From Lentisphaerota bacterium (GTDB taxonomy: Bacteria > Verrucomicrobiota > Kiritimatiellia > RFP12 > JAAYNR01), in assembly GCA_016873675.1 (NCBI GenBank), contig VGWG01000004.1, forward strand, positions 2,715-66,714: a DNA stretch of 64,000 bases. The letters run 5' to 3'. The translations under genes were made by a program, and so were the position numbers. A model generated the notes under the pieces. That model was not told where the DNA came from, searched no databases, and saw nothing but the letters and a program-made list of their open reading frames with translations. Of this stretch, positions 35,765 through 44,547 are shown in pieces; the first letter of the stretch is position 1; every line of letters starts with the position of its first letter.

Positions 35765-37870
35765 ATGAGTACGACATGCATGACGGAGTTGATGGCCGGT
35801 ACCGTTTACGCCCGTTGTGACAACCGGTTCTGGCTGGTGCGTCTCTGCGGGATGCTGCTGGGTCGGCAGGGTGATGAGAGCGACCAGGGGTTCGCGCAAG
35901 GCGTGGCGCTGCTGAAGGTGGACGGGAAGCCTTTTGAGGCCGGGCAACTCGTGCTCGACACGGTTAAGGAGTCGCCCGCCGCCGTGCGCTGCGACTGGAG
36001 GGTAGGCCAGACGGGGCTCCGCCTGACGACGGCCTGGCAGGGCGATCCTGCAACCGGGGTGGTCAGCCGGCGGGATACCCTGTGCAACACCGGGGACAGG
36101 CCGGTGGTGCTGTCGCGCTGCCTGGCGCGGTTTGCGCTGTCATCGGTCCGCTACGCGTGCTACACCCAGGCCAGTAGTTGGTGCCGCGAGAACCAGGGCG
36201 CGTGGCAACCGCTGCATGCCGGCCTGCGCCTGAGCCATATGTCCGGGCGCACCACGGAGGGATTCACCCCCTATCTGGGCCTTCGCAACATGGAGGGGGC
36301 GCAGGGGATGGCCTGCCATGTCCTGCCCCGCGGAAATTGGACCATCCGGGTGGTCCCCAACGTGCCCTACACGGTGGTTGAACTGGGGCTCTCCGACGAG
36401 AACCTGAACCGGTCGCTGACCCCCGGCGAGTCCTTTGCGTTGCCGGAGATCCTCTTCCAGCCTCTGCCTGAGGGCGAGCCGCATCTGGCCGCGCCGGCGC
36501 TGCACCGGTATCTGGTGGCGGGCCGGCTGCGCGATGCGAAACCGGAAGCGCCGGTGGTCTATAACTCGTGGTTCGATCAGCACGAGGTTCTGGAGGTGCC
36601 GCGCCTGCGTCGGCAGCTCGCCGCCGCGAAGAAGGCGGAGTGCGAGGTGTTTGTGGTCGATGCCGGTTGGTATGGCGCGGGCGAGGGCGGATGGAGCGAG
36701 CAGACGGGTGACTGGCGCGAGAAGCGCAAAGCCGCCTTTCGCGGTCGGATGGGCACGTTCGCCGACGAGGTGCGTGCCGCGGGGCTCGGTTTTGGACTTT
36801 GGATGGAACCTGAGAAGTATGGGCCACGGGCGCCGCTTCGCAGCGAGCATCCGGAGTGGTTTATTCCGGTCGGTGCTTCGGCGCGTCTGGATTTGACGTT
36901 GCCGGCGGCCCGCGCCTGGTTGCGCGGCGAGATCGGGCGGTTGGTGGAAACGTATCGTCTGGCCTGGATGAAGGTGGACTTCAATTTCAAGCTCGATCCC
37001 GACGCCTCGGGCTCGGAACTGGCCGACTACACGGCCGCCTGGCACGGCCTGCTCGACGAGGTGCGTGCGGCCTATCCCGACACCTTCTTCGAGGGGTGTT
37101 CCAGCGGCGCCATGCGCGGCGACTTGGAAACCCTGTGTCATTTTGACGGCCACTTCCTGAGCGACACCTCCAACCCGACCGATATGCTGAGGATTCTGCA
37201 GGGCGGGTGGCTGAGGCTGCCGCCCGGCCGGATTACGATCTGGTGTGTGCTCCGATCGGCCTCGCACATCGTGCCGGGGTGGGGCACCAATGTGCAGAAC
37301 GCGCCGCCTGTCACCCTGGTGCCCTGCGGTGCGGGTTGGTGGGATATGGAAAAAGCGGAGCTGGATCTTGCCCTGGTGGATGGGATGGCGAGCATGATGG
37401 GGCTCGGCGGCGACCTGGCGGGACTCGCGCCGGGGCAGTTGAAGCGGGTTGCCGAAGCGGTTGCGTTCTACAAGCCGTGGCGGTCTTTCATTGCCCGGTC
37501 CGCCGGCCACCTGCTGACGCCGCCAGCGTCGATCCAACAGCGCGATGGCTGGGTTGGGTTCCAACTCCAGAGTCCCGGAGAGGAGGCCAGTCTGGTGTTT
37601 GTCTACCGGCTTGGAAATGCCGGTGCGCCCCCGTCGCTATGCCCGGTTGGGCTCGACGCCACGAGGCATTATGCGGTCGAGATCGGATTTGGCGGCGAGA
37701 AGAAGACCGTGTCCATCGATGGCGCGAGCCTCCTGCGTGATGGCCTCTCCGCGCCGCCGTTCAGGATCGTGCATCGGCGCGCCTCGGTTTTTGTGATCCG
37801 GCCGGAGCGTCTCGCGGCGAAGGGCAGGCGCGCCGGGCGGAGCGGGAGCGGTGTTCCGCGCGCCGGGTAG
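35765..37870 (+). CDS. Alpha-galactosidase (GH36-like)
   Basis: VVYNSWFDQ, FVVDAGWYG, GLWMEPE and WMKVDFN match the GH36 catalytic-domain pattern. Confidence 0.75.
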   Translation: MSTTCMTELMAGTVYARCDNRFWLVRLCGMLLGRQGDESDQGFAQGVALLKVDGKPFEAGQLVLDTVKESPAAVRCDWRVGQTGLRLTTAWQGDPATGVVSRRDTLCNTGDRPVVLSRCLARFALSSVRYACYTQASSWCRENQGAWQPLHAGLRLSHMSGRTTEGFTPYLGLRNMEGAQGMACHVLPRGNWTIRVVPNVPYTVVELGLSDENLNRSLTPGESFALPEILFQPLPEGEPHLAAPALHRYLVAGRLRDAKPEAPVVYNSWFDQHEVLEVPRLRRQLAAAKKAECEVFVVDAGWYGAGEGGWSEQTGDWREKRKAAFRGRMGTFADEVRAAGLGFGLWMEPEKYGPRAPLRSEHPEWFIPVGASARLDLTLPAARAWLRGEIGRLVETYRLAWMKVDFNFKLDPDASGSELADYTAAWHGLLDEVRAAYPDTFFEGCSSGAMRGDLETLCHFDGHFLSDTSNPTDMLRILQGGWLRLPPGRITIWCVLRSASHIVPGWGTNVQNAPPVTLVPCGAGWWDMEKAELDLALVDGMASMMGLGGDLAGLAPGQLKRVAEAVAFYKPWRSFIARSAGHLLTPPASIQQRDGWVGFQLQSPGEEASLVFVYRLGNAGAPPSLCPVGLDATRHYAVEIGFGGEKKTVSIDGASLLRDGLSAPPFRIVHRRASVFVIRPERLAAKGRRAGRSGSGVPRAG

Positions 37871-37919
37871 CCGGCGCGCCGTCTTCATGGATTTCAAAAA
37901 AGAACGAATGGAGGAGTAG

Positions 37920-40900
37920 ATGAACCGTAAGCAGATCGAGGTTTTCAAGAATCCCGGCAACGAATATCGCGGGGCGCCGTTCTGGGCGTGGAACGGCAAG
38001 CTGGAACCGCAGGAGCTGCGTCGCCAGATCCAGGTCATGCACCGCATGGGGCTGGGCGGCTTCTTCATGCACTCGCGCGTCGGGCTCGATACGCCATACC
38101 TGTCGCACGAGTGGTTCGATTGCGTGGAAGCCTGCGTGGACGAGGCCAAGAAGCTGAAGATGGGCGCCTGGCTCTACGACGAGGATCGCTGGCCATCCGG
38201 GGCGGCGGGCGGGTTGGTGACGAAGAATCCCAAGTACCGACTGCGTTCGGCCATGGTCAAGATGCTCGACACGGCCAAGGGGTTCACGTGGACGCCCGAC
38301 ACGCTCGCCGCCTTTGTGGCGCGGATTGAGGGCGTCGTGGCTCGCGACGTTCGCCAAGTGCCGCGCAACACCAGGCCGCCCAAGCTGGCCGAGGGCGAGA
38401 AGCTGGTGGCCTTCGTGGTAGAACTGCAGCCGTGCAGCAACTGGTATAACGGCTACACCTACCTCGACACCCTCAGTCACGAGGCGGTGAAGGCGTTCAT
38501 CACGGTCACCCACGAAGCCTATCGCAAACGGTTCGGCAAGGAATTCGGCCAAGCGATTCCGGGCATGTTCACCGACGAGCCCAACTACGGGTACGTACTG
38601 GGATTCGACAACAATACCGGGAATCCCGGCGGGCTGCCTTGGACAGGCCGTCTGCCCGCCATCTTCAAGCAACGCTATGGCTACGACATCGTGCCCCACC
38701 TGATGGAAGTGGTCTTTGACGTTGAAGGCCATGCCATGACGCCAGCCCGCTACCACTACCACGACTGCATCACGCATCTCTATGTGGATGCCTTCAACCG
38801 CCAGATTGGCGAATGGTGCGCGAAGAATAAGATGATCTTTACCGGGCACCAGCTCTGCGAAGACTCGCTCTCCAGTCAGGTTGATAATGTCGGCAGTTGC
38901 ATGCGCACCTATGAGCATATGCAGGCGCCCGGCATGGACCTGCTTACGGAGCACTGGCGCGTGTTCAACACGGCCAAGCAGGTCACGTCCGCCGCGCATC
39001 AGTTCGGCGCCAAGTGGCGCCTGACCGAGACCTACGGCTGCACGGGGTGGGACTTCCCGTTTGCTGGACACAAGGCGCTGGGCGACTGGCAGGCGGCTAT
39101 GGGGATCAACCTGCGCTGTCAGCACCTCGCGTGGTACACCATGTCCGGGGAGGCCAAGCGCGACTACCCGGCCGGCATCTTCTACCAGTCGCCCTGGTGG
39201 GAACTCTATCCGAAGGTGGAAGACTACTTTGCCCGTATCCACGCCGTCATGACGCAGGGCGAGGAAGTCCGTGACCTGCTGGTGATCCATCCGGTCGAAA
39301 GCATGTGGATGCTGGTCCGGTCAGGATGGCGGAACCATCCGGAAACGCGAGTGCTCGACAAGGACTGCGAGAAGGCGACCGATTACCTGCTGGCCGCGCA
39401 TGTCGACTTCGATTTTGGCGATGAGGAGCTCATGTCGCGCCATGCCGCCGTGGCCAAGGTCGGGGGCGCGCCGGTGCTGCGCGTGGCCAAGGCCCGCTAC
39501 AAGGCTGTGCTGGTGCCGTCCATGAAGACCCTGCGGCGCAGCACGCTTGCGCTGCTCAAGAAGTTCAAGGCGGCGGGCGGTGTGGTGACGTTTGCAGGCG
39601 AGATTGCCGGGGCCATCGAAGGGGCGCCCTCGGACGACGTGAAGGCGTTTGCCGCCACGTGTCCGCACACGCCGGAGATCGGACCGGCCATGATTCCGCC
39701 CGTGGAGTCGGCGCGGCGTCTCTCCATTGCCGGGCCGGATGGACGCGAGATTGGTGCGGCGCTTTATCTGCTACGCGAGGACAAGGAGTCCTTCTATCTC
39801 TTCGTCTGCAATACCGGCGAGGATTTTGCGAACGCCACTGCGGGGCAGATGGGGCAGCCGCTGGCCCGTGATCGCAAGCTGGCGTTTGGAGACGTGCGCA
39901 TCCGTGGCTTGGAGGGATGCGAGGGGACACCGCTGGAGCTGAATCCGGAGAACGCCGCTATTGTCGCGGCGCAGGCGTCTCGCAGTGGCAAAGGCTGGGA
40001 GATTCGAACCTCGCTGTCGGCGTTAGGGAGTCGGCTCTTCGTGATCCCCAAGGCGGCGAAGGGCGCGGCTGTTTCGCGGCCCGCACCAGTGAGCGTCGTG
40101 CGCAGCGAAACACTGGCAGACGAGCGTTGGCGCATCACCCTTTCAGAAGCCTCCAATCTGGTGCTCGATCGACCGCGCTACCGGATCGGCGACAAGCCGT
40201 GGCAGGTGGAGACGGATATCCTGCGTGTGGATAAAGCGGTGCGCGATGCGCTGGGCATTCCGCACCGCGGCGGCAACATGGTGCAGCCGTGGGCGCGGGA
40301 GAAGTCGGCCCAGCCGAAATCCACGACCGTCACGCTGGCTTACACGTTCGATTGCCAGGCGCTGCCGTCGGGCGATCTCTTCCTAGCGTTGGAAGAGCCG
40401 CAGACCTTCCGCGTCTCGCTCAATGGCCATGCGGTTACCAACACGGCCGAGTGCGGCTGGTGGGTGGATCGTTCCCTGCGGAAGTTGCCGCTGGATACCG
40501 CCTGCCTGAAGCTTGGCGCCAATGAGCTGGTGCTCGAGTGCGACTATGTCGAGACGCATCCGGGGCTGGAGATCGTGTATCTGCTCGGCAACTTTGGCAC
40601 GGCGGTGCGCGACACGGCCGTTGCCCTGACGGCGCAGCCGACCGCACTCAAGGTTGGCGACTGGGTGGAGCAGGGGCTGGCGTTTTACAGCGGCTCCGTG
40701 GCCTATCGGCGCACGCTGGATCTGAAGCTGGCGGCAGACGAGCGGGTCTTTGTCCGTGTTCCGGACTATCGCGGCGTGGCCGTTCGTGTGCTGGTCAATG
40801 GGCAGACGGCAGGGATCATCGGCTGGCAACCGAACGAGGTGGACATCACTTCGCAGCTCAGTGACGGTCCGGTCGAGCTGGCGATTGAGGTGATCGGCCA

Positions 40901-41057
40901 TCGGCGCAACTCGCATGGGCCGTTCCATCTCAAGGAAAAGTGGCCGTGGTGGACCGGGCCTGGCGAGTTCACGCGATCGGGCGATTCCTGGTTCGAGGGG
41001 TACCAGTTGGTGCCCTGCGGGTTGATGGCGCCACCGGTGGTGGAGGTTCGGAAGTAG
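37920..41057 (+). CDS. Large glycoside-hydrolase-like protein (family uncertain; jelly-roll C-terminal modules)
   Basis: N-terminal YRGAPFWAWNGKL ... GLGGFFMHSRVGL pattern is seen in uncharacterised GH-like proteins. 1045 aa. Adjacent to the GH36 gene. Confidence 0.55.
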   Translation: MNRKQIEVFKNPGNEYRGAPFWAWNGKLEPQELRRQIQVMHRMGLGGFFMHSRVGLDTPYLSHEWFDCVEACVDEAKKLKMGAWLYDEDRWPSGAAGGLVTKNPKYRLRSAMVKMLDTAKGFTWTPDTLAAFVARIEGVVARDVRQVPRNTRPPKLAEGEKLVAFVVELQPCSNWYNGYTYLDTLSHEAVKAFITVTHEAYRKRFGKEFGQAIPGMFTDEPNYGYVLGFDNNTGNPGGLPWTGRLPAIFKQRYGYDIVPHLMEVVFDVEGHAMTPARYHYHDCITHLYVDAFNRQIGEWCAKNKMIFTGHQLCEDSLSSQVDNVGSCMRTYEHMQAPGMDLLTEHWRVFNTAKQVTSAAHQFGAKWRLTETYGCTGWDFPFAGHKALGDWQAAMGINLRCQHLAWYTMSGEAKRDYPAGIFYQSPWWELYPKVEDYFARIHAVMTQGEEVRDLLVIHPVESMWMLVRSGWRNHPETRVLDKDCEKATDYLLAAHVDFDFGDEELMSRHAAVAKVGGAPVLRVAKARYKAVLVPSMKTLRRSTLALLKKFKAAGGVVTFAGEIAGAIEGAPSDDVKAFAATCPHTPEIGPAMIPPVESARRLSIAGPDGREIGAALYLLREDKESFYLFVCNTGEDFANATAGQMGQPLARDRKLAFGDVRIRGLEGCEGTPLELNPENAAIVAAQASRSGKGWEIRTSLSALGSRLFVIPKAAKGAAVSRPAPVSVVRSETLADERWRITLSEASNLVLDRPRYRIGDKPWQVETDILRVDKAVRDALGIPHRGGNMVQPWAREKSAQPKSTTVTLAYTFDCQALPSGDLFLALEEPQTFRVSLNGHAVTNTAECGWWVDRSLRKLPLDTACLKLGANELVLECDYVETHPGLEIVYLLGNFGTAVRDTAVALTAQPTALKVGDWVEQGLAFYSGSVAYRRTLDLKLAADERVFVRVPDYRGVAVRVLVNGQTAGIIGWQPNEVDITSQLSDGPVELAIEVIGHRRNSHGPFHLKEKWPWWTGPGEFTRSGDSWFEGYQLVPCGLMAPPVVEVRK

Positions 41058-41192
41058 CGGCTTTCTTAAGGTGTGAGCCTGAAGCCTCGCCCGCCCGCCC
41101 GACCCGTTCAACACTAAAGTTTTGAAAACAGCCACGCGGTGACGTATACGTCCTTCGTGTGACAAAACAACTGGCCCGGGTTGCTGAGCACG

Positions 41193-42065
41193 TCACACCA
41201 GCGGCAGGGGATCGGGGATGGCCTCCAGCGGCGGCAGGGGCGGCAGGCGGAGCCAGCGACAGGCGGCTTCCGGGGGCCCGTCCTCGGCTTCAAACCGATG
41301 CCGCCAGCGTTTCTGGAAGGCGAGCCCGTTGCGGGCCACCGTGGCGGCGTTGTTCCGGGCTGACGATCCCTGGGTGGTCGTGCTTTCGAAATGATACATC
41401 TCTGCGGCGGGTGTGTAGACCGCTCGCCAGCCCGCCTCGCGAAAGCGGTAGCAGAGATCGAAATCCTCAAACTGGACCGGGTGGAAGACCGGATCGAATC
41501 CGCCGTGGAGATTCAGGAGATCGGCTCGGACCATCAGGCAGGCGCTGATCAGGCACTGCACCTCGGCGGCAGCGGCCCAGGCGGGTGCGCCATTGGGCTC
41601 GCCGCGACCGCGAAAACAGACGTGGCCGCGGCGGGAGATGCCGACCCCGGCGCACTGAATCGCGACCCCGGGCGTGGGATAGACCAGCTTCGGCCCGACC
41701 AGCCCGACATCCGGTGCGATCTCAATCGCCTCGCGCAGGCGGGGCAGCCAGGCGCGGGTGCGCGGCGTGACGTCGTTGTCGTTAAACACCAGAAAGTCCC
41801 CCGTCGCCGCCGCAATTCCCTGGTTGCGGGCGGTCGAGCAGCCGACGTTTTCCGCGTTGCTGAGCAGGCGCACAGGGACCCCGCGCGCCGCGCCGAGGGG
41901 ATATAATTCGTCCGCAACCCAGCGCGGTGTGTCGTCCGATGATCCGTTGTCCACCACCAGCAGTTCCCACGGCGCGTCACTGACGGTGTCGCGCACAAGC
42001 GCCGTCAGACACCGTCGCGTGACGGCGATTTGGTTGTAGGTGAGTGTGATGACGGAGTAGCGCAT
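41193..42065 (-). CDS. GT2-family glycosyltransferase
   Basis: ATG at 42065. VITLTYNQ ... VVDNGSSDDT ... FNDNDV (DxD). The long upstream extension of ORF 41193..42572 overlaps the E1 beta gene and is rejected. Confidence 0.8.
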   Translation of the reverse strand: MRYSVITLTYNQIAVTRRCLTALVRDTVSDAPWELLVVDNGSSDDTPRWVADELYPLGAARGVPVRLLSNAENVGCSTARNQGIAAATGDFLVFNDNDVTPRTRAWLPRLREAIEIAPDVGLVGPKLVYPTPGVAIQCAGVGISRRGHVCFRGRGEPNGAPAWAAAAEVQCLISACLMVRADLLNLHGGFDPVFHPVQFEDFDLCYRFREAGWRAVYTPAAEMYHFESTTTQGSSARNNAATVARNGLAFQKRWRHRFEAEDGPPEAACRWLRLPPLPPLEAIPDPLPLV

Positions 42066-42124
42066 GCTCAAGCCCGTGCTGTGTGTCGCGGCGGAGGGGG
42101 CGCTTTCGGCCCCCGTCCGGATGA

Positions 42125-43099
42125 TCAATTCGCCGATTCCGCAAGGTCCCGTGCCGCCGCCGCAATGGCGGCTATATCGGGGATGCAGGCGGACTCCAGG
42201 ACTTTGGATGCAGGGATGGGGCAGTTGGGGCCGGCGAGACGCCGGATTGGAGCGTCGAGCGAATCGTAGGCCGCCTCGAAAATGCGGGTGGCGATTTCGG
42301 CGCCGAAGCCGCCGGTGACCGGGCCCTCCTCGACGATCAGCACGCGGCCGGTCTTCCGTGCCGCCGTCACCAAGGTCTCGGTGTCGAGCGGGGCGAGGGT
42401 GCGCAGATCCACCACCTCGGCGGTAATCCCCGCAGCGGCCAACTGGTGTGCGGCTGCCAGGCAGAGGTGGGCCATGTAGGACCAGGCGATGAGGGTGACG
42501 CGGTCGCCCGAGTGCGTGATGCGCGCGCGGCCGAACGGGACGGGCGGCGGCAGGTTCCCGCCGATTTTCCATCGGAGCGGGTAGAGCAGCTTGTGCTCCA
42601 GAAAGAGGACCGGGTTTGCGCCGCGCAGCGCCGTCTGCAGCAGCCCCGAAGCGTCGGCGGCGTCGGCCGGCGCGGCGATGCGCAGGCCCGGAATTCCGGT
42701 GAACAGCCGCTCGAGCGTCTGCGAGTGGGTGGCGCCATAGCCGCGGCCGCCGCCGGTTGGGGCGCGCACGACGAGGGGGCAGGGGATCTGGTAGATATAG
42801 TGCAGCTTGGCCGCGAGATTCGCAAGCTGGTCCACCGCCAGCGTGATGAAGTCCATGAACATGATCTCGACCACGGGACGGAGTCCGGCGGCGGCGGCGC
42901 CGATGGCGGCGCCGACCAGCGCCTGTTCGGAGATGGGGGTGTCGCGGACGCGGCCGGGGCCGAATTCGGCGAGCAACCCCTGGGTCACGCCGAACGCGCC
43001 GCCATAGGCGCCGATGTCCTCTCCCATCAGCATGACGGATGGATCGCGCCGCATCTCGGCGGCCAGGGTTTCACGGATGGCCAGGGTGAAGGTTTTCAT
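42125..43099 (-). CDS. 2-oxoacid (pyruvate/acetoin-type) dehydrogenase E1 component, beta subunit
   Basis: MKTFTLAIRETLAAEMRRDPSVMLMGEDIG ... DTPISEQA is a typical E1-beta N-terminus. 324 aa. Confidence 0.85.
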   Translation of the reverse strand: MKTFTLAIRETLAAEMRRDPSVMLMGEDIGAYGGAFGVTQGLLAEFGPGRVRDTPISEQALVGAAIGAAAAGLRPVVEIMFMDFITLAVDQLANLAAKLHYIYQIPCPLVVRAPTGGGRGYGATHSQTLERLFTGIPGLRIAAPADAADASGLLQTALRGANPVLFLEHKLLYPLRWKIGGNLPPPVPFGRARITHSGDRVTLIAWSYMAHLCLAAAHQLAAAGITAEVVDLRTLAPLDTETLVTAARKTGRVLIVEEGPVTGGFGAEIATRIFEAAYDSLDAPIRRLAGPNCPIPASKVLESACIPDIAAIAAAARDLAESAN

Positions 43100-43122
43100 A
43101 AGAATGACGAGGGAACACGGCG

Positions 43123-44073
43123 TCAGTCCGACGCGAAGACGCCTTCGGTGACGGTGGCGGGGTCGGGGGCGGGACTCGCCTCGGCGAAGCGAATGGCAAC
43201 GGCGATGGCCTGTTCGGCGCGGGTGCGGCAGGCGGCGAAGCGCGCCGGGTCGGTGTTGCCGGCTGCGCGCAGGTGCGCCTCTAGGTGGCGGATCGGCTCG
43301 CGCTGCCAGGCGTCGGCCTCCTCGGCCGGGGAGCGATAGGCGCGGGGATCCCCCTTGGAATGTCCCGAAAGGCGGTAGGTCTCGCATTCAACCAGCGAGG
43401 GCCCCGAGCCGGCCCGGGCGCGCGCCAGGGCGGTTTCAACGGCCGCGCGGACATCGGCCACGACGTTGCCGTCGACGGCGCAACCGGGTATGCCGTAGGC
43501 GGCGCCCCGTTCGGCCAGGCGCGTGTTGGCGAGGCCGGCGGCGACGGGTGTGGACATGGCGTAGCGGTTGTTCTCGCAGATCACGACGAGCGGGAGGCGC
43601 CAGAGCGCGGCCAGATTGAGCGATTCGTGGAACAGCCCCTCATTGGCGGCGCCATCGCCGATGATGCAGACCACGGCGCGGCCGGTGCGGCGGTGCTGGG
43701 CTTCGAGCGCGAGGCCGCAGGCGAAGGCCATGCTGCCGGCGGTGATTCCGTTGGACCCGTAGAAGCCGAGCGCGGTGTCGGCCATCATCTGGCTTCCGCC
43801 GCGACCGCGCGAATAGCCAGTCGCCTTACCGAACATTTCGGCCATCATTCGTCCGGGATCACCGCCGACGGCGATGAAATGCCCGTGGCCGCGGTGCGTG
43901 CTGGTGAGCGCATCCCCCGGCCTCAGGGCGGCTGCGACACCCACCGCGACCGCCTCCTGGCCGATGCAGACATGGGCCGTGCCCATGATGCGCCCCTCCG
44001 AAAACAAACGCTCCACCGCCTCTTCAAAACAGCGGATCAACACCATGCGTTCATAACTTGCCCAATCATCCAT
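43123..44073 (-). CDS. 2-oxoacid dehydrogenase E1 component, alpha subunit (TPP-binding)
   Basis: ATG at 44073 with GGAGA 6 nt upstream. TPP motif IIGDGAANEG ... ENNRYAMST. Confidence 0.85.
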   Translation of the reverse strand: MDDWASYERMVLIRCFEEAVERLFSEGRIMGTAHVCIGQEAVAVGVAAALRPGDALTSTHRGHGHFIAVGGDPGRMMAEMFGKATGYSRGRGGSQMMADTALGFYGSNGITAGSMAFACGLALEAQHRRTGRAVVCIIGDGAANEGLFHESLNLAALWRLPLVVICENNRYAMSTPVAAGLANTRLAERGAAYGIPGCAVDGNVVADVRAAVETALARARAGSGPSLVECETYRLSGHSKGDPRAYRSPAEEADAWQREPIRHLEAHLRAAGNTDPARFAACRTRAEQAIAVAIRFAEASPAPDPATVTEGVFASD

Positions 44074-44158
44074 GGAAATTCTCCGTCGATGCGGCACAGT
44101 GTAGCGACTTTTATGCCAATGCGCCAGTGGTCAGTTTGTATTTCGATAGAGGAAGTGC

Positions 44159-44186
44159 TTGCAATGAACCGCCAAATCGCTAATAC
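44159..44186 (+). promoter_or_regulatory. Candidate promoter of the small basic protein gene
   Basis: TTGCAA (44159-44164), 16-17 nt spacer, TAATACT (44181-44187). Sequence match only. Confidence 0.3.
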
Positions 44187-44231
44187 TATCGCCTCACATT
44201 AGCTTTACCAGCGGATTTCAAGGAGGATGCA

Positions 44232-44465
44232 ATGGGAACAGGTCGCACACTTAATAAGAAGCCCCGCACGCGCCCCGTAAAGAGCGAAGGCGAGCGTCGG
44301 CGTCGTCAGAAGGTTCAGAAAAAGCGCCTGATCGGATTGGGCGTCGCAGGCGCCGACGCTCAGAAACTGGCGCCGGAAACGGTTCGCATCATGCTGAAGC
44401 GACCGGCCAAGGTCAAGCTGGCGGTCGCGCGCAAGGCGGCCAAGGCCGTCGCCGCGGTCGTGTGA
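44232..44465 (+). CDS. Small highly basic protein (77 aa), function unknown
   Basis: Strong AAGGAGG 6 nt upstream of the ATG. K/R-rich (KKPRTRPVKSEGERRRRQKVQKKR). Followed by a clear terminator. Confidence 0.5.
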   Translation: MGTGRTLNKKPRTRPVKSEGERRRRQKVQKKRLIGLGVAGADAQKLAPETVRIMLKRPAKVKLAVARKAAKAVAAVV

Positions 44466-44493
44466 GGTCGGAACGGATTGCGGGTAGAGCGAA

Positions 44494-44535
44494 GCCGCCG
44501 GAACGCAGGGTGCGTCCGGCGGCGTTTTATTTTTT
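44494..44535 (+). terminator. Rho-independent terminator
   Basis: GCCGCCGGA (44494-44502) pairs with TCCGGCGGC (44515-44523), followed by GTTTTATTTTTT (to 44535). Confidence 0.75.
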
Positions 44536-44547
44536 GATCGAGGTGTT

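Noticed and set aside
41193-42572. 459-aa ORF giving the GT2 protein a 169-aa N-terminal extension.
   Set aside because: The extension overlaps the 3' end of the E1 beta gene in another frame and is low complexity. The GT2 fold begins at MRYSVITLTYNQ (ATG 42065).
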